Of a stretch of DNA of 64,000 nucleotides, positions 10,553-24,201 are shown piece after piece; positions within the stretch are counted from its first letter, which is position 1, and every line of letters begins with the position of its first letter. Where the stretch lies: assembly GCF_009914755.1 (NCBI RefSeq), contig NC_060929.1. One strand, written 5' to 3'. This DNA is from the human T2T-CHM13v2.0 reference genome, Homo sapiens. A program made the position numbers and the translations under genes. The notes under the pieces are model-generated. The model did not search any database. It worked only from the letters and a program-made list of their open reading frames with translations, and was not told the origin of the DNA.

Positions 10553-11953
10553 AAAAAAAAAAAAAAAAAAAAAGAGGAGAGCTATAGAGAAAGCTTCAGG
10601 TTTCTTAGATAGTCATGAATAGATTGTTAGTAGAAATATGGATGGTAAAGACCATTCTGATGAGGTTTCAAATGGAAACAAGGAATATGTTATTGGACAG
10701 TGGAGGAAAGGCAATCCTCGTTATATAATGGTAGGACTTATGAGCAATGAAATTGGATATTTAGCAGAAGCTATTTCTTAGCAAAGTGCTGAGGGTGCAA
10801 AATGGCTTCCCTTGAGTGCTTATAGTAAAATGCAGGAAGACAGAAATGACTTAAAGACAGAATTCGTAATCAAAAAGAAAGTAAAACATAAAAATTTAGA
10901 TTCTCAGCCTATTCATATTGGAAAAAATGAGAAAGCCTGTTGTGGCCAAGTGACTCTTTGATAAGGAGATTTAATACGGATGGGCCTTTTCAATGGAAGC
11001 CAGGTGCCACTCATCAAGACAATGAAAAAATGATCCCAAAGGCATTTTTAGAGATCACAAGGCTGGCATTTCTATTACAGACCAAGAGTGTCAGGGCCTG
11101 TGGGGCAGAAGGATTTCAAAGTTTTTCTCCAGAAGGTGGCTGTGCTACTGGGCTGCCCCAGGTTTAGCTCCAGCAGACCCAATTATTCATGAGCCATGAT
11201 GACTGCCCCTCCCCATTCAGGGTACAGGCAGTAAATCTTGATATATGTAAGATGCTGTCGGCTGGCTCATGAGCCAAGGGGATGTGGATGTCTTCACTTA
11301 GATTTTAAAGGATGCCTCATAGAGCCATGGGCCCAGGCAGAGAACAATCACAGGGTCAGGGCCACTGCAAAGAGACCTCATTAGGGCAAAGTCCATTGGA
11401 GGTTTAGGGATGGGGATGCCCCAGAGATCCCAGACCAATAAAGCCAGAGGCATGAGATTCCAGCCTGGGATAGCTGCAGGCACTTGACTCCAACACGTAA
11501 GAGCTGTGGGGGAACAGGGCAACCCGAGGTCATGGAAGCATGGCTTCCCAGAGTCTTGGGGGTCCAACTCCTGCCTGGAGGGCAGAGACTGGACTCAAAG
11601 ATTAGTCTTGAGACTTAAGGTTTTGGACCTGCTTGAAATCTATTTATCCCTTCCTTCTTTCCTATTTCTCACTTTGGAACAGAAATGTCTATCCTGTGCC
11701 TGTCCTACCATTGTATTTTGGAAGCAAAGAACTTGTTTGCTTTCATAGTTCACAGCTGGAGAAAAATTTGCGTCAGGATGAATCATACCTTAAGTCTCAT
11801 CAGTTTCTGATTTAGATGATATTTAGATAAGATTTTGGACCTAGACATTAAAACTTGATGCTGCAGCCAGTTAAGACTTTGGGGACTATTAGGATGAAAT
11901 GAATGTATTTTGTATGTGAGAAGGACATGAATTTTGGAAGGCCAGGGGAAAAT

Positions 11954-12284
11954 GCTATGGTCTGAATGTTTGTGTCCCCCAAAAACTTCACATGTTGAAA
12001 CCAAACCTCCAAGATGATGGTATTGGGAGGTAGGGTCATTTGGGAGGTGACTGCATCATATGAATGGGGTTAGTGCTCTTATAAAATAGGCCCAAGGGAG
12101 TTCATATTCCCCTTCCACCAAGTGATGACACAGTTAAAAGGTGCCATTTATGAGGAATGGGCCTTCCCCAGGCAAGTTGATCTTGGACTTACCAGCCTCC
12201 AGAACTGTGAGAAATTAATGTTTACTGTTTATAAACCACCAGTTTAGGGCATTTTTATTAATGCAGCCCAAATGGCCTCAGATA
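11954..12284 (+). mobile_element. MLT1A0-like 3' LTR
   Basis: 'tgctatggtctgaatgtttgtgtccccc...cagcctccagaactgtgagaaa'; diverged direct repeat of 7748-8108. Confidence 0.85.
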
Positions 12285-13260
12285 AGCAGCCTTGGCCAGC
12301 TTTCTCATCCTTGCCTTCAGCACCTGAAATGGTCCCTGACATACAACAGAGGCTCAGTGAAACTTGTTGAATAAGTGTCTACATGCTTCCCAATTTGATT
12401 TCCTCATTGTTGGGAGTTTCTGGGTCTGTTCCATTAAAAACATGAGGTAGAAATAATTGTGAGCCAAATTTGACAAATAATGTTAGGAATTTACTAAAAA
12501 CAACTTAAAGAAAAACCTTTATGAAAGGGAGCAGAGTAAAAGAGAAGCCTTGTCAGTCTTCTAGCAGGCAGAATGGACTTCATGCAAAACCCAGAGCAGG
12601 CTCAGCCCTCCCTCCTCCATGAGTTCTGTGATGTGATTTCAAGCCCTCTCCTCCAAAAATGTCGCCCCATCGGCCTGTGCAGATGCCTGAAATTCTACTA
12701 ATCATCCCTTTGGGTTAATTGAATCCCCCCGTTGGAAGGTAAATAAGCTATTGGAGAGGGCACTATGACACATAAGATTTCTATTAGTTAACAACACCTT
12801 TCTACAAGATGATTCCATGAAACCAGCAAGCAGGGGCCTGAAAAGCAGCAACAATAAGTAGCCGTATTTGTTTTACTAAGGGGAGAAGCCCAGGCCTTAG
12901 GGACCGTCCAAAAAGAGCCAACTAGAGTGAAAGGAGAAGGTGAGCCGACCAGCCCAGCCAACCTGAGGGGTAATCTGAGAATGCTGGGCACAAGGTGGGA
13001 GCAAGAGGAGACCCAGGCCCCAGCCACAGCCACCTTCACTTTACAGGTGGTAGCAGGTACTAGAGAAATCGTTGTTGAAGAGGGAAGTGAAGTATGCTAT
13101 TTATTTAATTTAGTTTTTAAATAAACTTTCATATCATGCTTACTATGTGCCAGACACCCTTCTAAGTGTTTAGCAAATATTAACTTGAATTTAACCAGAG
13201 AAATGGCATTGTCCAAAGTCAGAGTCTGAAAGCCAACTTCACCAATTTCTGGCTGTGTGA

Positions 13261-13564
<304 letters not shown>

Positions 13565-13819
13565 GGGGGCTCATTTTTATCCCTTATAAAGGGGGCAGAA
13601 TAGTAAAACTACCTCAAAATTATTGTGAGGAATTATCAAGCTATGAGCCATAGAGAAACTTTGTGGACTGTGAAATGTTTTGCAAATCATTGCTTATATA
13701 TAAGTAAGCCTAGGACTGGCTCAGCCTCTAAAGCAAATAACAATAACAATAACAAAAAAATCGTCCTTTTCATCCTCATAACTGTTGCTGTCTATTATGT
13801 AGCTTGTGGGCAGCGGGGT

Positions 13820-14210
13820 TGGATGACTTCATTCAAGTCCTGGTTCCCAACCTATTAGCTGCATGGCTTTAAGCAAGCTGCTTAATCCCTCAGCAATTCT
13901 GCATTCTCCTCTATAAAACTAGGACTAATAATAGATCTACTCCATAGAGTTGCTGCGAAAACTTTTTCAAATGATGGAAATAAAGCTAAGGACAACAATC
14001 TAGAGCAAATGCACCATAAATCACACACATCTCTGCTCTTTCAAGCCTCATAGTGTTACAGAGTAGGTATTATTATAGCTATTATCCTCATTTCCAGAGG
14101 AAAAAGCTGAGAGCCAGAAAGGTTCGGTAACTTGCCCAATGCCACATACCTAGGGAGTGATAGAACTGGGATTCCTGGACAGGTCTGTCTGACTTGGATA
14201 TTTTTGTGGT
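13820..14210. mobile_element. Two MIR fragments in opposite orientations
   Basis: 'ttaatccctcagcaattctgcattctcctctataaaactagg' and 'gaggaaaaagctgagagccagaaaggttcggtaacttgccc'. Confidence 0.65.
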
Positions 14211-14296
14211 TGCCTAAGCAGATGTTCTCACTGTCCATAATGACATACCAGAAACACCTAAGGAAATTCTTGAGCAAAAGAAAAAAGAATTGCTTG

Positions 14297-14593
14297 GCCA
14301 GGTGCAGTGGCTCATGCCTATAATCCCAGCACTTTGGGAAGCCAAGGTGGGCACATTGCTTGAGCTCAAGGGTTCGAGACCTGCCTGGCCACATGACAAA
14401 ACCCAGTCTCTACTAAAAATACAAAAATTAGCCAGGGATGGTGGCATGTGCCTGTGGTGCCAGCTACTCAGGAGGCTGAGGTGGGAGGATTATTTGAGCT
14501 TAGGAGGTGGAGGTTGCAATGAGTTCAGATCGCGCCACTGCACTCTAGCCTGGCTGACAGAGTGAGACCCCATCTCAAAAAAGAAAAAAAAAA
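14297..14593 (+). mobile_element. Alu (AluJ-like)
   Basis: Full dimer; TSD aaaagaattgc on both sides. Confidence 0.93.
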
Positions 14594-14819
14594 GAATTGC
14601 AAAGCTAGAAAAGGAAAAGCAGTGACAAGTACCTTACTTCTCCTTAGTACTGCAAGTATTAAGGCTAAGTTGTTGCAGAAGGGAAACACAAAACCTTTAA
14701 ACGCAAATGCTGAAGAGGCTCCCAGAAACCATCTGGTTCTACCTCCTGCCCAGTGCAGGCATATCAGAGCCTGGGACAGAGCCTGGGAGGTTATGAACCA
14801 AACTTGTCTCCTCTTGCTT

Positions 14820-15150
14820 CTGGGCCATGACCCAAACCTTGCAATTAGATATGACGGAGTTCTAGTCCACGGCGTGTGAGTGGAAGGGATGTGCACCTCT
14901 TCCAGGTTTGGTCTGTAATCACCTCCTTTTTTCTAAACTGTTTGATACAATTCAGCATGGTGACCAAAAATGCCACAGATAGAAAATGATGGAGCCACAG
15001 GATGAAAGAGGCCGGAGTTTCTGAGCCACCTCCTAAAGGAGAGCTGCCCACCCATCAGAAACACCCAGCTAGAACTTTACATGAACAAAACTAACTCTCT
15101 TTCACAAATGAACCATCATATAGTCCATTAGTCCCAGCAGCAAGCATAAC
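14820..15150 (+). mobile_element. Old MaLR LTR (MLT1J-like)
   Basis: 'gatggagccacaggatgaaagaggccggagtttctgagccacc...ggagagctgccc'. Confidence 0.6.
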
Positions 15151-15254
15151 TTTAACCAAACCAGGGGCCAGTGGACTTTCTGACTTTTGGCCCTCAACTT
15201 CTGCTTAACTCCTCCAGTGGTGGGGACTTCATTTCCTCCTGCAGTATTAACTCA

Positions 15255-15575
15255 TTCTCATTCTTCATTTGTTCATTCCGCACATATTTATTGAGCTCCT
15301 ACTACGTGCCAGACACTGTGCTAGGCACTGGGGAAGCAGTAATGAGAAAGGCACAAAGCCCTGTGCCCCAAGGAAGCTCATCACCCAGACTGGTGGGTAG
15401 AAAATGAACAAGCAGGCAGGCAAGAAGCATGATATGTATAGACTTTGCTAAGTAAGTTGCAAGAAAGAAACAGATTGATGAGACAGAATCACTGGGAAGA
15501 GGATCAACTTTAGCTGGAGGAAGAGAGCTTCGACGGAAGTTCACTCTGAGGAGGTGACTGAAACCTGAGACACAA
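15255..15575 (-). mobile_element. L2 3' end
   Basis: 'cattc...atatttattgagctcctactacgtgccagacactgtgctaggcactgggg'. Confidence 0.8.
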
Positions 15576-16800
15576 TGGCAGACACCCTAATCATTACACT
15601 TTCTTTTTTTTTTTTCTTTTAATAATAAGAAAGTGGTCTCCTTTAGGCCTGCTCCCAGTCCTAATTACATATTCTGGGGCCCCAGAGATGCCTATTGCTC
15701 CCTTTCCAATGACAGCTTCTCCAACATCCAACATTTGCAGACAGCTGTCACATTTCTCTCCTCCCCACTGGCCCTAGCAGAAGCCCCCACAGGATCTGCC
15801 GGCCCAGACACCTGCTGCAGGTATCAATAACAGCAAGCAACTTGCAGCAAGGGTCGGGGTAAATGAGGGAGTCCCTAGGATCCCTGTGCCCAGGCTATGT
15901 GGACCCTCCCAACATCTTAGGGGTAATTGGTCCCACTCCTACAACATTGCCTATAATATCTGCAGGGCTGCTTGCTAACTGCTGGCTCCTGTCAGGCATT
16001 TATTCTCTGACATCAGGGGGAGCAAGCGGGGTTAGAAGCCTTCAAGAGCTCCTGCTGGAAGCCTTCTCTCCCTCTCTTAAAAACAATTTATTTTTTTGAT
16101 GTTAAAACCATGTTCCCCCTATGTCCCGGTTTGAACACCAAAACAAACCCAGCTGTCCCCAACACTAGGCTGAAACCACAGGCGTTTGGCTGCAGAGCCA
16201 AAGAGGCAGCAGGAGGAACTGCTCAGAATCTTGCCCCTCCAGCTTCCTGCCAAGCTCCACTCCAGAGGCAGGGAGGCCAGTGCTCCTCAAAGGCCCAGCC
16301 TCCCCATCCTCAGAGTTAACCAGGACAGCACCACCAGGGTCACAAGCCTGCCCTCCTCCTAGGGATGGGGGGTGGGGAGTGGTTCACAGGAGGCAGAGAC
16401 TGATGCTGCACTCCTAGCACCTCTGGATCAACTAACACCCACGGCCCCATGCACCACGAGTGGTCTGCAGCAGCTCCAGGGCCCTGGACAGTCAGCAGAG
16501 CAGAGAGCTGATAGTCAGGCATTATGTCAACAACTGTTTTCCTTGCTTGGTTTGGGGATAAAAACAACTGCTGCTCCTTGCTTTCTCACACTTTCCACTG
16601 AGGTCACTTGGGGCACGACTGAGTCAAGACTTCCAGAGGGTGTGGAAATATCAGGGAAGCAAACAGTGAAGCTGTAAGCACAGGACGCACTGTGCCCAGC
16701 TTCCTCCGCCGCAGGGAAGTCACAGCAGAAGCATGCACCCTGCAAAACTGGCCTTCACACCACTTCATCTTCACACTACCTCATACTGCACTCAATCTGA

Positions 16801-17390
<590 letters not shown>

Positions 17391-18118
17391 GTGCATACCA
17401 CTCAAACCCGGCTTTCCATGCAGATCCCTGGGAAAATACTTTATTTCTTTGATGTCTATCAGCTCATGTCCCAAACTGCTATTGGAAAGAATCTATACAT
17501 GGCTTTACACACATATGTGAAAGAGTAAATCCACCTTGCAGAGGTTTTCTTTTGGTTTGGTTCGGTTTTGGCCAGATAGTACATTAATTTTTGAAAATGT
17601 GTTGACAATGTTTAAAATTCAGAAGAGTTCAAATTTAAAAAGACACACACATACATTTCTGGCTCCCCTTGAAAACACAGAAGACACAGTCCCTCTGGGC
17701 CGAGGTGGAGTGGCAGCTGCCCCTTTAGGCCCTGGAGACATGGCCTGTGCCCCTCAGTACCCCACAGTCCCACCTGTGCAAACTCACCATTTATATGACC
17801 TGCTTTATCCTTATAAGCATTTGGGGTTGCAACCTTTGGTCTAGAGAAAAACATAAAATGGCTTGTCTCTAATGGCGCAATTTCAGGCACAGGGCAGGGT
17901 AGAAGACTGGGGTGGACAGTAGGAGGAGAACTTTTCTGATGTCCTTGAAATCAGGCCATGGAGGCGGGTCCCCATTCCATCAGCGAGGATGCATAAAGAA
18001 TTGAAACTTGAAGTTTACGGGTAGAAAAGTGTTATATGACAGCATCAGGAGTGTGGCTAGCACAAAGGGACTAACCCTGGATGGTAGGAGCCCTGGCACA
18101 GGGTCAGGAGGCCTCTGC

Positions 18119-18263
18119 GGGCATCCCACATTCGCCCCTGATCTCTGTTTGATGTTCAGTATGACTCTTTGAAGCCTCAGATTCCTCTTGTGGGCATCCC
18201 ACATTCGCCCCTGCTCTCTGTTTGATGTTGAATACGACTATTTTGAAGCCTCACATTCCTCTT
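18119..18263. repeat. Tandem duplication, period 73 bp, two copies
   Basis: 'gggcatcccacattcgcccctg(a/c)tctctgtttgatgtt...tgaagcctca(g/c)attcctctt' starts at 18119 and again at 18192. Confidence 0.93.
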
Positions 18264-18829
18264 CTCTTCTTGAGGAGAATCAGGCTGGATTATTTCCCGT
18301 CTAGCTCTAACTCTTGACTTTAATGCTTACTATTCTTAGGTGGAATTATTCTAGTAAAAGAGAGTCTCAGAATATTGTTCAGGCCTAGCTTAGAAGAGCA
18401 ATTGTGCGAAGATCAGAAACTACATTTCATTGATAGCATGGAATTTTGCAACGTTCGCAGCTCTCCTGATTCTTCCATAATTTCTTTGGTTCTGCTGAGA
18501 ATATACATTTAGAGGAGATCAAACAATAGCCTGACTCAACAATCTCTTGCCTTAACAATTGCTTGTCTGTTTGAGAATTCACTAGGTGTGAAATCTACCT
18601 TCCCAAAACTTGCATCTCTACCCTGAAGATGCTGGAGGAGAATAAAGCTCCCTGCATTCTATGCAATCTGGATGGCAGGGTTTTGGTGGGGGGGAACCAC
18701 GAAATATAGCCATGAGTAAAGCCCAGTCCTTGTCCTCAAAAAGATTACAGTAGGGCAGGGAGGGACACACAAAACCCATAAAATCCAAACATATGGCAGA
18801 GTAAGATAAAAGTGTATCAGAGCACCATG

Positions 18830-18926
18830 GCTCTCACTGCAGCCTTGAACTCCTGGACTCAAGTAATCCTCCCAGCTCAGCCTCTCGGGTAGCTGAGACC
18901 ACAGGTGCCCGCCACCACTCCTGGCT
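18830..18926 (-). mobile_element. Alu monomer fragment (FRAM/AluJ-like)
   Basis: 'cactgcagccttgaactcctggactcaagtaatcctcccagctcagcctc'. Confidence 0.8.
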
Positions 18927-19289
18927 TTAGACAACAAACTTTTATATCCAGGGAGGCAAAAGCTTGTGGGAAAATCAGAACAAAAAGTAAATGCGGCAGA
19001 GCAAAGCTGCAAAAGCAGCAACATGTTACTGCCCTTGACCATGTCTGGATCCTAGACACAAACTGAACTTGGTAGAGAAATTGGGGCTTAAACATGTATA
19101 CATAGCATATTTCAGTAAACAAACTGTTTTCATTAAAAAAAGAAAAGTCTATCAGAGCTATGAAGTACTTGCTAGGAGGAGTCAAAAAAGGAAGGACTTA
19201 TATAGGTCTAAGGCGGTGGGGTTTAGACAGGTAGTGAAGGATGGATAGGCACTGAACAGATGAGGATAAGTGGTAAGAAACAAGGGCTT

Positions 19290-19870
19290 CAGCCATTCAT
19301 TCATCCACCAAAGACGAAAGCTTCCTACTGCCTGCTGTCACCCTAGGCATTGGGATATAGGCATTAATGAGACAGCCAGGCATCCTGCCTTCATGCCACT
19401 TACCTTCTAGTAGGGAACATAGACAAGTTCACAAATACCTAAGATAATATCAGATACTGTTAAATGCTAGGAAGGCTATTAAATGAGGTGATTATCATAG
19501 ATAGTGACTATTAGATGGACAGGGAAGCCCTCTCTGAGCAGGCTCCAGTTGAGCTGGGTCATGAGATACTCTGGAGAACATAATTTCAGGAAGGAACAGC
19601 AAGTACAAAGGTCCTGAGGCAGAAACAAACAAACGAAAATAGCAATATGGCTGCAGGACAGGGAATTTTGGAGGAAGAAATTAGGAGATGAGGTTGAGAG
19701 GTGAACAAGGGCCAGATCATTTGGGGTCTCATAGGTCAGAGTAAGGAATCCAAATGAAATTCCTTTTGCTGTGGGAAGCCAATGGATAGAAGCTGACTTT
19801 ATAATTGTAAAAGACCCTCTGGCTATTGTATAAGGAATGGACTACCAAAAGGCCAAATGGAAATGGGAGG
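19290..19870 (-). mobile_element. L2 fragment
   Basis: 'cattcattcatcc...ggaacagcaagtacaaaggtcctgaggcag...ggccagatcat'. Confidence 0.75.
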
Positions 19871-19871
19871 C

Positions 19872-20270
19872 CATATTACCCTGCTCAGGCTGCCATAACA
19901 AAATGGCATAGACTAGGTGGCTTAAACAGTGGAAATGATTTCTCTCAGTTCTGGTGACTGGAAGCCCAGGATCAAGGTTCCTAGTGAGGGCTCTTTTCTG
20001 GCCTCCAGAAGGCTGCCTTCTCACCAGGTCCTCACACAGACTATCCTCAGTGTGCTCAGGCAGAGGGAGAGAGGGATGTCTCTCCTCTCTCTCACTTCTT
20101 ATAAAGCAACAAATGCTATTGGATTAGGACCTCACCTTTAAGCCCTCATTCAACCTTAATTAAGGTAATTACCTCCTAAAAGCCCCATCTCCTAATACAA
20201 TCACATTTCAGGTTAGAACTTGAAAATATTTGGGTGGGGGAAGGGGATGGGGAATAATTTGATCTTTAGC
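19872..20270 (-). mobile_element. MLT1A-type LTR
   Basis: 'ctcaggctgccataacaaaatggcatagactaggtggcttaaaca...attacctcctaaaagccccatctcctaatacaatcaca'. Confidence 0.75.
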
Positions 20271-20440
20271 AGATACCAATGAAGAGTTAATGGGTATCCT
20301 AGCAAAACTTATCCCAGGGATCTGAAAGAACAGGAGGATGAAACAGACTTTACCCTGGTGAGGGGACTCTGGCCTCACACGGTCATGTTTATAGCCTGCT
20401 TTGCCACTTAGATACTTTTAATCACTGAAAAATAGAAGGA

Positions 20441-20670
20441 GGCCAGGCACAGGGGCTCACACCTGTAATCCCAACACTTTGGGAGGCCAAGGCAGGCAGA
20501 TCACTTGAGGCCAGGAGTTTGAGACCAGCGTGGCCAACACGGTGAGACCCCCATCTCTACTAAATATACAAAAATTAGCCAGCATGGTGGCACATGCCTT
20601 TAATCCCAGATACTTGGGAGGCTGAGGCACAAGAATCTCTTGAATCCAGGAGATGGAAGTTGCAGCAAGT
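20441..20670 (+). mobile_element. Alu truncated at its 3' end
   Basis: Alu sequence up to 'ggaagttgcagc', then replaced by a purine repeat. Confidence 0.9.
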
Positions 20671-20905
20671 GAGAGAGAGAGAGAAGATGAAAGGAAGAAG
20701 GAAGGAAGGAAGGAAGGAAGGAAGGAAGGAAGGAAGGAAGGAAGGAAAGAAAGAAAGAAAGAAAGAGAAAGAAAGAAAGAAAGGAGGGAGGGAGGGAGAG
20801 AAAGAATGAAAGAAAGAAAGAGAAAGAAAGGGAAAGAAAGGAGGGAGGGAGGGAGAGAGGGAGAGAAAGAATGAAAGAAAGAAAGAAAGAGAAAGAAAGA
20901 GAGCA
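20671..20905 (+). repeat. Polypurine tract with (GGAA)12 and GAAA/GGGA repeats
   Basis: 12 consecutive GGAA units at 20700-20747 within about 235 nt that are almost entirely A/G. Confidence 0.95.
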
Positions 20906-21479
20906 AGCGAGCAGTTTTCTTGTTTCTAGAATAATTAGTATGGGTCTCCATCCCAAGACAGACTTTTTGGTCCTGTGCTAGAAAAGACTTCCTGAGCTAA
21001 TTCATTTCATTTATTTCTAAGTATCTTGTTTTCATCATGGCATCTCCTGCAGGAAATGAAAATAGCCAGCAGCTTCGGCATAGAGAGACTGAGAGGTCCC
21101 AGCCCAACACCTCAGGACAAAGGCAGGGCATAGCAGATTAAATGCCACCATTGCTGCAGTCGCCTGCTCTCACTTTTCTCTCCCTGTCAAAGCTGATATT
21201 GAGTGTACTCTCCCTGTGAATTGAGCATTCTGTCATCAAAAAGCTCGGTGATGAAGCTTATCTCATTTTTAAAATCAAGACTTGTCTCCCGTCTTTAATA
21301 CTGGATGACTAATACCTAGGTCATTTTTTAAAAACTAAATTAATTTGATGCTCTGATTCCCTGTTGTTGTGCAACAAATTACCTTAAAACGTAGTGGCTT
21401 AAAATAGCCATTTTATTTTGCTCACAGTTTTGTCAGGAATTGTCTTTAAACATGACAAGATGATAAAATAAAGTATGAC

Positions 21480-21800
21480 CAATTCAGCAAACATGTATTG
21501 AGCACCTACCATGTCTCCATTACACCAGCCTGTCCTGCAGGCAAAAGCAAAGACACAGTGGGGTAGAATTTATGGGTGCATTTGGAGAACTGCAAGTCCT
21601 GGGTATGGCTGGAGTTTGGGTTCATGTGGAACCCAACAAGGGACAGGCTTCAGAAGTAGACTGAGGCCAGATCCTCAAAGCCCTCGAATGCCAGGATAAG
21701 AAATTTCAACTTCATCCCATAGGGTATGGGCAATAGGGAGCCATGGAAGATTTCAGCAGAGAAGAGTCACTGTCAGATCTATGCTGGGGGATAGGCAGGG
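21480..21800 (-). mobile_element. L2 fragments
   Basis: 'attcagcaaacatgtattgagcacctac' and 'gggcaatagggagccatggaagattt'. Confidence 0.7.
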
Positions 21801-22409
21801 AATAGATGCTTCTATGAGAAAAGAGTGAAGCGTCTGGAAATTTGCCCTCTTATTCAACACCTGAGGGGCTCCACAGTTAATATTCACCTTCAGCAGAGCT
21901 GACCTCCTGGACCTCATTTTACCCTAGCCCTGTTTCTTTGCCACTGGGTGCAGCTCAGCATGAAGAGTGCATGAGTGAGAGCCACGGGCCTCCTTAGGGG
22001 AAAAAGAACAAGTACTGCCCAAGTTGCTACATTGCTCATATGCATTGTTACCCTGAAAGGGTCACAGTCCCTTGCCTCTACAGGGAGTGGGGGATGAGGC
22101 TGCCTTGGTGTGGCTCAGAAAACATATTGAGGCTTGGCAGCACCTGAGAACATTTTGAAAAACTTCCCACCAGGTTTTATTTGTTTTGTTCACAGGCCCT
22201 TAAAGTTAGCAACAGAAATCACCTCTGAGGGCTTGGTTCCTGATGGCTCTCCAGTTCCCAACAGCTGTGGAGGGCCTCTCCTGGCCCATTTCCCTGACCA
22301 ACCACTCCCTGCCCCTGTCAGGCCCCTCCCACCTCAGAAGAGGCCACAGCCGCAGGTCAGCTCCAGGCAAAGGCACAGGGTAATTAGAGGCTGCTAATCA
22401 CTACCACGA

Positions 22410-22625
22410 TAATAATACTAGTGAGTTAGGGAATGATTCACAGATACCAGACACCAACTTAAATACATGTATCCTCTCATCTAATGGTCAGAACAACCCA
22501 CAAAGGAGGCATAACTATTTTCTTTATCAGATAAACTGAGGCATGGAGAGCAACTCACCCAGTTGCACAGCTAGTATTTGGCAGAACCTGGATGCAAACC
22601 TGGCTCTGATTCCAAAGCCGAGGCC
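22410..22625 (-). mobile_element. MIR
   Basis: 'cagataaactgaggcatggagag...cacagctagtatttggcagaacctggatgcaaacc'. Confidence 0.7.
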
Positions 22626-23424
22626 TCTTGGCCCTCCAGTCTCCCATTTCTCAGCGCTTCCCTTGGGGAGTTGCCTCTCCTACTGCCCCCTCAGGTACCC
22701 AGCCCCCTGCACCTAGATTTTATCATGTAAGCATCCAGTTCTTCCCATATGCAGCTCCTTTGTCTCAGTTGTGTCAACTAATTTTATTACCCTGGGTAAA
22801 TCCCTTCATTCGCCTGGGCCTCAGTTTCTTCATCAGTAAAATGGGGATGCCCAGTCTGTCTTATAAAGTCAGTCCAGGCACTAAATCAGTTGGTGTGCTC
22901 CTGCGGCCCTGGGAACCTGGGATGGGCACTTAACTGTAAAGTCTTCTTATGACAATGCAGAAGTGACTCATCTGGTGAGCAGCCCAAGCCCTTCCTGTAG
23001 GCAGTGAGCACTCAGGAGGTTTCCACAAATAGATTCAAGCAACAGGTGTCTGCACCCTGGGTAGCTCGGTACCTGCCAACTCTGCTGGCAATGCTCGCTC
23101 TGGGCTCTTTCCACAGAGAGAGGTCACATTCCATGGCCCAGCAGCCCAGCACAAGGAAACAGCCCTGCCCACACACAAGGAAAAGTGGACATTAAGGGTT
23201 CTGCTTGTTTTTAAAAGGCTTATGGGCCTCCAAGGCAGAGGAGAGAAGAGCAGGGAGACCAGGTCTAAAGTGAGGGTGGAGACTCTCCTTGTTCCTAGCT
23301 GTGGAACAGAAGCACTGTCTCCCCAGGGTGGAGGCCAGCAGCTTTCCCAGCAGGCAGACTATGAACTGCTCTGCTCAGACTTCAGACTTGGGTCTGGCTT
23401 AAAAGGAGCACAGAGTCATATTTG

Positions 23425-24201
<777 letters not shown>

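Larger units (their letters stand above)
8109..11953 (+). mobile_element. MLT1A-type MaLR internal region, interrupted by insertions at 8280-8892 and 8921-10573
   Basis: 'attggtactgagaaatgg...ggctttgaaactgggtaatggg' start; resumes at 10570 'aagaggagagctatagagaaagc'; ends in a purine tract before the 3' LTR. Confidence 0.8.

Noticed and set aside
18119-18263. CRISPR-like repeat array
   Set aside because: Only two adjacent copies with no spacers, in a eukaryotic context.
20457-20956. Low-complexity ORFs (FLPS and RKEG repeats)
   Set aside because: These are translations of the GGAA/GAAA microsatellite plus Alu.
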